Positions 55,811-64,000 of a stretch of DNA of 64,000 bases are shown here, in pieces. Position numbers and translations under genes: made by a program. The DNA is from Kiritimatiellia bacterium. GTDB taxonomy: Bacteria; Verrucomicrobiota; Kiritimatiellia; RFP12; UBA1067. Numbering within the stretch: the first letter of the stretch is position 1; each line of letters begins with the position of its first letter. The notes below the pieces were generated by a model that ran no database searches, had not been told where the DNA came from, and worked only from the letters and a program-made list of their open reading frames with translations. The stretch lies in NCBI GenBank assembly GCA_051884915.1, contig JBJEWF010000020.1:13155-77154 (forward strand). Direction: 5' to 3'.

Positions 55811-56509
55811 TTATCCCCGCCTCACCAAGCTGAAAAAACGATCCTGATACTGCTCGAACACGCCCTTCCTGCGGAGAAGGGTTCCCAGATCCTTGATCAG
55901 ATTGGGATTCGCCTGCGCTTGGGCAAACGCCTTCTCGACTTCCTCCCGCACCCCCTGCGGAAGGATGTCGGCCCGTTCGCGAACCTGCGCGACTTCAAAT
56001 TCCCGCACGTTGACCGGCGCCGACGCGCCGGCGTGAAGCCAGAAGAAATGAACGAGCGACACGTCCCACGGATCGTCAACGCCCTGAATGACCGCCGCAA
56101 AATCGTCCTTCGCCTCGCGGACGTCTTCCAGCACCCTGGCCGTGACCGCCGCCAGCGAATCCGTCACGATCTGCTCCGAAAACGCCTCCTGGGACAGACG
56201 ATACCCGTATTGGAGGATGCGGATGCTCCCGCGGTTCTCCCTCAGGTAGTCCAGATACTTCCGCGCCTCTTCGCCAAAACCCTCCATTTCCCGCTGCGCA
56301 TAGGCTTCCGGCGTGATGATGGCCGGCTTCTGCGCCTCCAGCCGCCCTTCGCGAATGCGGATCTTCCCGGGATTGTCGGACAGTTCCGCCAAATGGCGAT
56401 AGTTGATGCGCGTCGCGCCGAAAGTCTCCAGCGCGCGCGAGGGATGGTGGACGATGTTCGTGTTCTGAACGGCGTACCAAAAGTCAAACTGTCTGTTCCT
56501 CTGAAGCAT
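55811..56509 (-). CDS. hypothetical protein
   Basis: 232-aa ORF with natural composition; fills the gap; stop lies 1 nt before the parA ATG. Confidence 0.75.
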   Translation of the reverse strand: MLQRNRQFDFWYAVQNTNIVHHPSRALETFGATRINYRHLAELSDNPGKIRIREGRLEAQKPAIITPEAYAQREMEGFGEEARKYLDYLRENRGSIRILQYGYRLSQEAFSEQIVTDSLAAVTARVLEDVREAKDDFAAVIQGVDDPWDVSLVHFFWLHAGASAPVNVREFEVAQVRERADILPQGVREEVEKAFAQAQANPNLIKDLGTLLRRKGVFEQYQDRFFSLVRRG

Positions 56510-56692
56510 CAGGCCCGTATTCTATCAAAAAAGAACCTTTGCGGTATAGGGCGAAAACCCCAAAACGAACATTGAACCGCCGGCCGTTCCGCTTCGGACG
56601 GCCGATCGCGCCGACCGGGCCCGGACGAAGCCGCCGGTCCGGGCCCCGGCCCCATGGCGGGAAGACCGGCGGCATCCCGGAAGCCGGCGGGC

Positions 56693-57601
56693 CTACTTGA
56701 ACCGGCGGGTCCGCCTGAACAGGCCCGTGCGCCATTCGCCGACAAGCTTCGACGAGACTTCGGCGAACCCCCTGGCCAGGTAGGCGCCCCTGACGTCGGG
56801 ATAGATCTCTTCGAGAATGCCCGAGAGAATCAGCAGGCCGTCCTTCGCCACCAGCGGCGCAATCTCGTCGGCGAAACGGACGAGCACGGGACCCAGCACG
56901 TTGGCGGCGACCACGTCGAATTGCCGGTCGCCCGTCTTCTGCACGCCGGGCAGCGTCGACTGGTTGGAGAGATCGCCGCGGACGAAGCGGATCGTCAGCC
57001 CGTTCTTTCCGGCGTTCGCGTTCGCGTTCGCGACCGCTTCCGGATCGATGTCGAAACCCGCCACGTCGCGAAAGCCTTCCAACCGCGCGGCAATCGCCAG
57101 GATCCCGGACCCGCAACCGACATCCAGAAACGAGCGGTCGGCGTCGTCCGCCGCAAGCAGGTCGACGTATTCGAGACAGGCGCGCGTGGTTGCGTGCTGC
57201 CCGGTGCCGAATGCCATGCCCGGATCGAGAACGAGCTTCCGCGTCCCCGTCCACCCCCGCTCCGCCAATCGGGCGGGGAACTGCCCGACCTCCCATTCGG
57301 GCACAATCGCCAGGCGTTCGGAGATGAACTCCGTCTTGAAATGCTTCCGGTAGGCGAAACGCCAGTCCTCATCGGGAATCGACCCCGTTTCCGGCGCCAG
57401 ATCGAGGCCGACAATCTTCCCCGCCGCCACCAGCGCCGCCGACGCGCGGGACGCAGCGGCCGGATCTTCGAAGAAAATCTGCATCGTCGTCGCGGTCTCT
57501 TCGACGTCGCGATACGAGGACAAAACGAAATCCCCTCCATCGAAAACCTCGAAGAGGGGATTCACGTACCGTTCGTCGACCGAACAACGGACGTATGTCA
57601 T
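56693..57601 (-). CDS. prmA: ribosomal protein L11 methyltransferase
   Basis: LDPGMAFGTGQHATT, LDVGCGSGILAIAA, ANVL, LSGIL. Confidence 0.95.
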   Translation of the reverse strand: MTYVRCSVDERYVNPLFEVFDGGDFVLSSYRDVEETATTMQIFFEDPAAASRASAALVAAGKIVGLDLAPETGSIPDEDWRFAYRKHFKTEFISERLAIVPEWEVGQFPARLAERGWTGTRKLVLDPGMAFGTGQHATTRACLEYVDLLAADDADRSFLDVGCGSGILAIAARLEGFRDVAGFDIDPEAVANANANAGKNGLTIRFVRGDLSNQSTLPGVQKTGDRQFDVVAANVLGPVLVRFADEIAPLVAKDGLLILSGILEEIYPDVRGAYLARGFAEVSSKLVGEWRTGLFRRTRRFK

Positions 57602-57610
57602 GGCCGCGCC

Positions 57611-57832
57611 TTACTTGGCCGCTTCGGCCTTCTTGGCAATCATCTTCTTGATCGCAGCCGGACGCTGAACGAGGACACGGACATTCTCGGCACTCATCAG
57701 CTTGACTTCCTCCTCCGGAAGACCGAATTTCACCAGGCGGCGACGCTGAGCAGCCGAACGGCGGGCCTTGCCGGCCGGCGTCTTGCACGGACGGACATGC
57801 GATTCTTTACGGAGTGTACGACCTGTACCCAT
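57611..57832 (-). CDS. small basic hypothetical protein (73 aa)
   Basis: MGTGRTLRK...; AGAGG RBS; dedicated promoter; 20 Lys+Arg in 73 aa. Confidence 0.8.
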   Translation of the reverse strand: MGTGRTLRKESHVRPCKTPAGKARRSAAQRRRLVKFGLPEEEVKLMSAENVRVLVQRPAAIKKMIAKKAEAAK

Positions 57833-57871
57833 TTTCAACCTCTGCTTTCTTGAACAAAATTTGAAGACAAC

Positions 57872-57900
57872 AGTATGCCTTTTTCCCGTGGAAAATGCAA
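57872..57900 (-). promoter_or_regulatory. sigma70-type promoter for the small basic protein and prmA
   Basis: TTGCAT-17 nt-CATACT. Confidence 0.6.
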
Positions 57901-57916
57901 GCAGAAATTGAAAAAA

Positions 57917-58822
57917 TCAATTCTTGGCAAGAAAAGCCTCTACTTCCGCACGATTCGGACAGGCCGGCGGGCGGCCCGAAAGGCCGCGGCACTTCAGTGC
58001 CGACACCGCACTGCCGAATCGCATCGACTCGCGCAAATCATGCGTTTCGAGCCAGCGGATGGCAAAACCCGTATGGAACAGGTCGCCACATCCCGTCGTG
58101 TCGACAACCTTCTCCACGGGGAATGCCGGCAACTTCACGAAGTTCGTGCCGTCAAAAGTCATCGACCCGCGAACGCCCATCGTCGCGCCGGCGACCGACG
58201 GCCGATAGGTCTCGAAGATCTTGCGAACGGCCGCTTCGGCATCGGCAAGACCCGTCAGCTTGAGGGCAAATTCCTCGCTGCAGATCAGCAGATCCGCGTA
58301 CGGCAACAGTTCCGGCACGCCGTCGCGCAACGTTCCCGCATCGAAGTTGACGACGACGCCAGCCTCCCTGGCCGCCTTGGCTCCCGCAAGGGCCCCCTTC
58401 GGATTGTGGCCGTCAAGATGGAAGATCTTCGCCTGGCGGACCAGATCGAGGTCCACTTCGTCGGGCTGAAGCTCGGTCAGTCCCTCGCGCGTCCACGCGC
58501 ACGAGCGGTTGCCGGTCTTCTCTTCGATCCACAGGTACGCGATGGCGCTCGACGCGCCCTTGCGTATCTTCATGGCGGACGTGTCGACGCCCTGCCTTTT
58601 GAAGTCCTCCAGGATCATCCGCCCGTCGGGATCGTCGCCCACCGTCCCGATGTACGCCGCGCTCATGCCCAGCGCCGCCGCGCCGGCCGTGGAGTTGGCG
58701 GAGGGTCCGCCGCCAAGGATGGCATGCCGCAGCATCTGGACCTTGGTGTCCATCGGAATGAACGGCAGCACGGCGAGGTGGTCGTTCGAGCAATAACCGA
58801 GTCCGACAAATTCTGCACTCAT
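57917..58822 (-). CDS. PfkB family carbohydrate kinase
   Basis: GGGPSAN, IGTVGDD, TMGVRG, VDTTGCGDLF. Confidence 0.92.
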   Translation of the reverse strand: MSAEFVGLGYCSNDHLAVLPFIPMDTKVQMLRHAILGGGPSANSTAGAAALGMSAAYIGTVGDDPDGRMILEDFKRQGVDTSAMKIRKGASSAIAYLWIEEKTGNRSCAWTREGLTELQPDEVDLDLVRQAKIFHLDGHNPKGALAGAKAAREAGVVVNFDAGTLRDGVPELLPYADLLICSEEFALKLTGLADAEAAVRKIFETYRPSVAGATMGVRGSMTFDGTNFVKLPAFPVEKVVDTTGCGDLFHTGFAIRWLETHDLRESMRFGSAVSALKCRGLSGRPPACPNRAEVEAFLAKN

Positions 58823-58873
58823 GGGGATCTCCTTCTGATTCGTCTTGTTTCGACAACGTCTTCACCGGCGGCA

Positions 58874-61453
58874 TCAGCGGACGACAAAGTTGACCATGCG
58901 CTTCGGCACGGCGACGACTTTGACGACCGTCTTGCCCGCAAGAAACTTCGCAACATCCGGATTCGCCTTCGCGGCCGCCTCCATCTCCGCCGGCGTCGCC
59001 GTCACCGGAACCGTCACGCGGCCGCGCAGCTTGCCCAGGACCTGAACGGGAATCTCGATCTCGTCCTCGGCGAGCGCCTTGGGGTCGTACGCCGGGAACG
59101 GCTCGTAGGCCAGCGAATCGGCATGGCCGAGGAACTGCCAGAGCTCTTCGCCCAGATGCGGCGCGAACGGCGCCAGGCAGAGCACGAATTTCTCGGCGGC
59201 TTCCCGCGGAAGCTCCTTTTCCGGACCCGCGAATTCGTTCACGAACACCATCATCGCGGAAATGCCCGTGTTGAAGTTCATCGCGTCCAGGTCTTCGCCG
59301 ACTTTTTTGATAGTCGCGTTCAGCGTCTTCGCCTCGGCCTTCGTCAGCGGGCGGTCCGCGATCGTCTGCTCGGTGACCATCTTGTTCACGCGCTTGAGGA
59401 AGCGGAACACGCCGTCGACGCCCTTCGTGTTCCAGGGCTTCACCGCCTGGAGCGGTCCCATGAACATCTCGTACAGGCGCAGGGAGTCGGCGCCGTAGTC
59501 GCGAATCACGTCATCCGGGTTGACCACGTTCTTGAGCGACTTGGACATCTTCGCCGGGAACTCCGAAAGCAGTTCTTCCGCCCCGCCCTCTTCCGCACCA
59601 TACGGCTTGCCATCGCGCCAGGTGATTTTGTCCATCGGAATCAACACGCCACGGCTCGTCTTGTACGCAAGGCCCAGGATCATGCCCTGGTTCACGAGCT
59701 TCTGGAACGGTTCATCCGTCGGGACGAGTCCCAGATCGAAGAGCACCTTGTGCCAGAACCGGCTGTAAAGGAGATGGAGCACCGCATGCTCCGCGCCGCC
59801 CACGTAGAGATCGACCGGCAACCACCGTTTCATCAAATCCGGATCGCAGAACGCCTTGTCGTTGTGCGGGTCGATGTAGCGCAGATAGTACCAGCAGCTG
59901 CCGGCCCACTGCGGCATCGTGTTCGTTTCGCGGACGCCTTTCACGCCATCGGCGCGCGTCACGTTCACCCACCCGGTCGCCTTCGCGAGCGGCGGTTCGC
60001 CCGTGCCCGTGGGCTTGTAGTCCTGAAGTTCGGGAAGCGTGAGCGGCAGGTCGCCTTCGTCGACGAGACTCTGCGTCCCGTCTTCCCAGTGGATGACCGG
60101 GAACGGTTCGCCCCAGTAGCGCTGGCGGCTGAACAGCCAGTCGCGCAGCTTGTACTGCGTTTTCGCCCGGCCCACGCCCTTTTCCTCAAGCCACTTGACC
60201 ATCGCCTTGCGGGCGTCGTCGACGGAAAGGCCGTTCAGGAAACCGGAGTTCACCATCACGCCCGTGGCGATGTCGGTGAAGGCCTCGGATCCCGTGTAGG
60301 GAACACGGCCGGTCGGGGAACCGTCCGCGCCCGGCGGCGGGACGGAGCCGGCCGGCGCGACGACCTGGAAGATCGGCAGGCCGAACACCTTCGCGAAATC
60401 GAAGTCGCGTTCATCGTGCGCCGGCACGGCCATGATGGCGCCCGTGCCGTAGGTGGCGAGCACGTAGTCGGAAATGAAAATCGGAATCTCGGCGTCGTTG
60501 ACCGGATTGCGGCCCATCACGCCCTCAAGTTTCACGCCCGTCTTTTCCTTGTTCAGCTCGGTCCGTTCAAGGTCGCTCTTCATCGCGGCCTTCTGCCGGT
60601 AGGCCCTGACCTCCCCGGCGTTCGCGATCGTGCCGTCCGCCAGCCATTCTCCGACGAGCCTGTGTTCCGGCGACAACACCATGTAGGTGGCGCCGAAGAG
60701 CGTGTCGCAGCGCGTCGTGTAGACGGTGATGGTGGTCGACGGGACCGTAGTCCCGAAATCGACGAGCGCGCCCGTGGACTTGCCGATCCAGTTGCGCTGC
60801 ATCTCCTTGATGCCTTCCGGCCAGTCCAGCCGGTCGAGGCCCGACAGGAGTTTCTCGGCGTATTCCGTGATGCGCAGCATCCACTGGCGCATCGGACGGC
60901 GGATGACCGGATGGTTGCCGCGTTCCGAACGCCCGTCGATGACCTCCTCGTTCGCGAGCACGGTGCCAAGCGCCGGACACCAGTTCACCGGGACTTCCGC
61001 CACGTAGGCGAGGCCCTTCTTGTAGAGTTGCTCGAAGATCCACTGCGTCCACTTGTAGTATTTCGGGTCCGTCGTGTTGATTTCGCGGTCCCAATCGTAG
61101 CTGAACCCCAAAGCCCGGATCTGCTCGCGAAAACGGTCGACGTTCTTCCGCGTGGTGACCGCCGGATGCGTCCCCGTCTCGACGGCGTACTGTTCGGCCG
61201 GCAGGCCGAAAGCGTCCCACCCCATCGGGTGCAGGACGTTGAAGCCCTTCATGCGCTTATAGCGGCAGAGGATGTCAGTCGCGGTGTAGCCTTCGGGATG
61301 GCCCACGTGGAGACCGGCGCCCGACGGATAGGGAAACATGTCGAGGCAGTAGAACTTCGGCTTGGCGGCCGTTGCGTCCGTTTTGAAAGTCTTGTTTTCC
61401 AGCCAGAACTTCTGCCATTTCTTCTCGATGGCGCGGTGATCGTATTCGCTCAT
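58874..61453 (-). CDS. leuS: leucine--tRNA ligase
   Basis: [47 protein letters not shown]. Confidence 0.98.
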   Translation of the reverse strand: MSEYDHRAIEKKWQKFWLENKTFKTDATAAKPKFYCLDMFPYPSGAGLHVGHPEGYTATDILCRYKRMKGFNVLHPMGWDAFGLPAEQYAVETGTHPAVTTRKNVDRFREQIRALGFSYDWDREINTTDPKYYKWTQWIFEQLYKKGLAYVAEVPVNWCPALGTVLANEEVIDGRSERGNHPVIRRPMRQWMLRITEYAEKLLSGLDRLDWPEGIKEMQRNWIGKSTGALVDFGTTVPSTTITVYTTRCDTLFGATYMVLSPEHRLVGEWLADGTIANAGEVRAYRQKAAMKSDLERTELNKEKTGVKLEGVMGRNPVNDAEIPIFISDYVLATYGTGAIMAVPAHDERDFDFAKVFGLPIFQVVAPAGSVPPPGADGSPTGRVPYTGSEAFTDIATGVMVNSGFLNGLSVDDARKAMVKWLEEKGVGRAKTQYKLRDWLFSRQRYWGEPFPVIHWEDGTQSLVDEGDLPLTLPELQDYKPTGTGEPPLAKATGWVNVTRADGVKGVRETNTMPQWAGSCWYYLRYIDPHNDKAFCDPDLMKRWLPVDLYVGGAEHAVLHLLYSRFWHKVLFDLGLVPTDEPFQKLVNQGMILGLAYKTSRGVLIPMDKITWRDGKPYGAEEGGAEELLSEFPAKMSKSLKNVVNPDDVIRDYGADSLRLYEMFMGPLQAVKPWNTKGVDGVFRFLKRVNKMVTEQTIADRPLTKAEAKTLNATIKKVGEDLDAMNFNTGISAMMVFVNEFAGPEKELPREAAEKFVLCLAPFAPHLGEELWQFLGHADSLAYEPFPAYDPKALAEDEIEIPVQVLGKLRGRVTVPVTATPAEMEAAAKANPDVAKFLAGKTVVKVVAVPKRMVNFVVR

Positions 61454-61508
61454 TTTCAGGTCAGACGTTGAACGTTGGGAGGTTGAAGGGCGGTGAAAGC
61501 CGGATGTC

Positions 61509-64000
61509 TCACGGGGACGTCGTGGTGAACACCGAATTGGAATTCAGCATCTCCGTCGTATCCGGCCGCAGTTCGGGATTGATGTTCCAGCGGTAGAAGA
61601 CCGGACAGTCGGAATGCGCGCCCCACCCTTCCACCGCCGCGGGGGAATCGGGCTGGAACGGGTCGCGAATCTCAATCTCCGCCGTGAAATCGTCGTCAAA
61701 CGAATCGGGGCCGAACACGAACCAGCGCAGCGGCACCCAGCGGTCCTTCACGTTGCCGTACTGGAGGGCGCCCGTCACCTTGAACGTGACGCTCGTCCAG
61801 TTGCTGTCCGTCTTGGGATTGTAGACATTGCCCGCGCCGTCGTTGCTTGTGGACCCCGGCACCAGGCCCTGCAGGCGATCCGGCGGGTAGGCCACCCCGT
61901 AAAGCGGCGAGGCGGCGTTCGAGGTCTTGTTCGTGATCATCAACTTCACCGTCACGACGACATTCGTCGCGTATCCCCCGCCCGGCTTGGGAACCGGCAG
62001 TTTCTCCTTCACGGCCGAGCCGCCGTCCGCACGGGAGGCCATGCCGCCGCGCAACACCCAATCGCCTTCGATCGGGTTGATGTTCAGCCAGTACATTTCG
62101 ACCAGGTCCAGCGGCACCTGGTAGTCGCCCGAAAGCGACCAGTATTCCGCCAACTTGATCTCCTGACTGTCGTCGAACTGCTGGAGCCAGTCCAGCACGG
62201 CTTCGATGTACGGCGAATCCTTCACGGCGACGATGGCCGGGTCTTTTGTCGTCGGCCCCGCTTTCGCCACAACCTTGAGTTCGCTCCGCACGGTCTTCAG
62301 GTCGAACACCGAATTGCCGTCGGCATCCTTGTGCAGCTTGGACGCCAGATCCTCGACCGGAACGCCGTTCGTCGTAATCGACTCGACTTCATACCAGCGA
62401 TCGAGCACGTAGACGATATTCGTCGAGTTCTCCATCGGCAGGACGATGACCGCGTTTTCGACGAGGTTCGTGCCGAACTTTTCGAGGATGTGCCCGCCGC
62501 TCACGTCGGCGTAGATCCACACGTTCGTGCCATTCGGCAGGATGTAGTAGTTCTCGTCGATGTCCTGCAGCGTCCCATTGGCCATCTGGTTGACCCGTCC
62601 TGGCGTCACCGCCATGTTGTTCGTCCACGAGCAGTTCGCGATGTCCTGCCATGCGGCCTGCGGATACTGGCCGTTCTCGCCGTGACTGCGATAGACGCCC
62701 AGCGTGCCGGCCGTCTCGTCCTTGCCGACATCGCGCCAGCGCGCAGTCGCATCCGCCTTGTTCAGCTGCGCGCAGAGGTTCGTGGCGTCGTAAAGATAGC
62801 GGTAGCGGCTCGTCGACGTGTTCGTCGCGGAGAAGATGATCTCATGTTCCCAAATGCCGCTTGGACGCACCAGCCGCAGACCATAGGGGTCGCTGTAGCG
62901 CAACTGCCCATCCGGCGCCCCGGTCGTGAGGTTCGACTTCCACACGCCGTCGACCTGGTCGGTCGCGTACGTGCCCGCCTTCTGCGTATCCGGGCTGCAG
63001 AGCGTCAGGAACACGTAGCGGTTCGTCGCATTCGCCGTCTTCGTGCTCGGCAGCCCCATGCTGCCAAACACCGCAAACTCGGCCGAATTGTGGTTGTTGT
63101 CGAAGAGCTGCAGCCACCAGCCCTTCAGGTCGCTGCCGGCGGGAACGGCGATCTCGACGAACTGCTTCTTCAGCCCCAGATTCTGGGAGAGGCTGTCCAG
63201 CCCGTCGTACATGTTGATCTCGTTGATCCACGCCCGACGCGGGGAAATCGACTCAAGCACCGTATACGGCGAAAACTTCTCGTCGAGTCCGCCGCCGTAG
63301 AGCTTGTTCAGATCGCCCTTGCTGCCGCGGTACCAGCTCGGCATCGACCATTCGGAGGCCGTCACCTGGTGGACGTGCGGTTCGTCGTGGTGGATGTCCT
63401 GGCTCTTGTCCCAGTACTTCGCCGTCACGCAGTACTGCACCACCACGCTTCCGCTCGGGTCCTCCTGCGGCGGAACGATCGACGCGGCCTCGGCGTAGCA
63501 GGAACGGAACACGAGGTTCGTGCCGACGCGGCGGAGTTCGGACGGCTCCGTCGCCGGCAGCCACTGCGTGATGCCCCACGTGTCGACGCCGACTTTGTAG
63601 CTGAAGAAGACGCGGATATGGTCCATGTCAAGCTCGTCGCCCATCTGCTGCGGCTCGACCTGGACCTGCACGCCCCAACTTTCGCCAAGGAGCGGCTGCT
63701 GGTCCATCGACATGATGTTCGTAATGACCATCTCGCTGTCCCCCAGGTTCGTGCGGAACGGCGCAAGGTTGATCAGCGCGATCTTCGGCGCGATCGGCTC
63801 GAACATCGACACCTCGTCGATCAGCACGCGCTGTCCCGGCGGATCGACCCGGTTGCGGCCGTCCTTGACGCCCGGCACGGAAAGGCGGATCACCTTGTAC
63901 GGGCTCTCGTCCACCGACGTCTTCCAGGAGAACGTCTGGTAGGTCGGGCAGTTCACCGTCCAGTTGGTGATGACCGTCCAGTCTTCGTCGGGCGCGTCTT
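61509..64000 (-). CDS. C-terminal part of a very large, probably extracellular protein with a lamin-tail-like domain (5' end beyond window)
   Basis: Frame stays open to the window edge ([18 protein letters not shown]). WINEIN..FVEI..DLKGW..TPGRVN pattern; rich in Trp, Tyr, Thr and Asn. Confidence 0.8.
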   Translation of the reverse strand, partial: DAPDEDWTVITNWTVNCPTYQTFSWKTSVDESPYKVIRLSVPGVKDGRNRVDPPGQRVLIDEVSMFEPIAPKIALINLAPFRTNLGDSEMVITNIMSMDQQPLLGESWGVQVQVEPQQMGDELDMDHIRVFFSYKVGVDTWGITQWLPATEPSELRRVGTNLVFRSCYAEAASIVPPQEDPSGSVVVQYCVTAKYWDKSQDIHHDEPHVHQVTASEWSMPSWYRGSKGDLNKLYGGGLDEKFSPYTVLESISPRRAWINEINMYDGLDSLSQNLGLKKQFVEIAVPAGSDLKGWWLQLFDNNHNSAEFAVFGSMGLPSTKTANATNRYVFLTLCSPDTQKAGTYATDQVDGVWKSNLTTGAPDGQLRYSDPYGLRLVRPSGIWEHEIIFSATNTSTSRYRYLYDATNLCAQLNKADATARWRDVGKDETAGTLGVYRSHGENGQYPQAAWQDIANCSWTNNMAVTPGRVNQMANGTLQDIDENYYILPNGTNVWIYADVSGGHILEKFGTNLVENAVIVLPMENSTNIVYVLDRWYEVESITTNGVPVEDLASKLHKDADGNSVFDLKTVRSELKVVAKAGPTTKDPAIVAVKDSPYIEAVLDWLQQFDDSQEIKLAEYWSLSGDYQVPLDLVEMYWLNINPIEGDWVLRGGMASRADGGSAVKEKLPVPKPGGGYATNVVVTVKLMITNKTSNAASPLYGVAYPPDRLQGLVPGSTSNDGAGNVYNPKTDSNWTSVTFKVTGALQYGNVKDRWVPLRWFVFGPDSFDDDFTAEIEIRDPFQPDSPAAVEGWGAHSDCPVFYRWNINPELRPDTTEMLNSNSVFTTTSP

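Noticed and set aside
61454-61508. Possible T-box leader upstream of leuS
   Set aside because: The gap is only 55 bp and has no T-box consensus.

Overview
A high-GC, gene-dense chromosomal segment with 56 supportable CDSs, 50 of them on the minus strand. The prs-rplY-pth-rpsF-ssb-rpsR-rplI gene order and the style of the secreted proteins suggest a PVC-superphylum anaerobe, probably Kiritimatiellae-like (inference). Housekeeping genes: polA, aroA, mutS, glnS, leuS, prmA, a CCA-type nucleotidyltransferase, ispA/ispG/rseP, pgsA, parA and ribosomal proteins. Other blocks: (1) a five-gene glycan-export module (short OPX, unknown secreted protein, beta-barrel, WaaL-like protein lacking the conserved His, Wzc with tyrosine clusters at both ends) with no glycosyltransferases; (2) an electron-transfer region with two very different ETF pairs and a fused FixCX-like ETF:quinone oxidoreductase; (3) an orphan hydF; (4) secreted carbohydrate-active enzymes wedged into housekeeping operons; (5) the only plus-strand unit, porin-pstSCAB-phoU, preceded by an 11-bp-periodic non-canonical Pho-box-like array; (6) a small basic protein before prmA; (7) the C-terminal part of a very large protein strongly enriched in Thr-Asn dipeptides. 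No rRNA, tRNA, CRISPR array or mobile element was recognised. All calls come from motif recognition by eye; no database searches were run.
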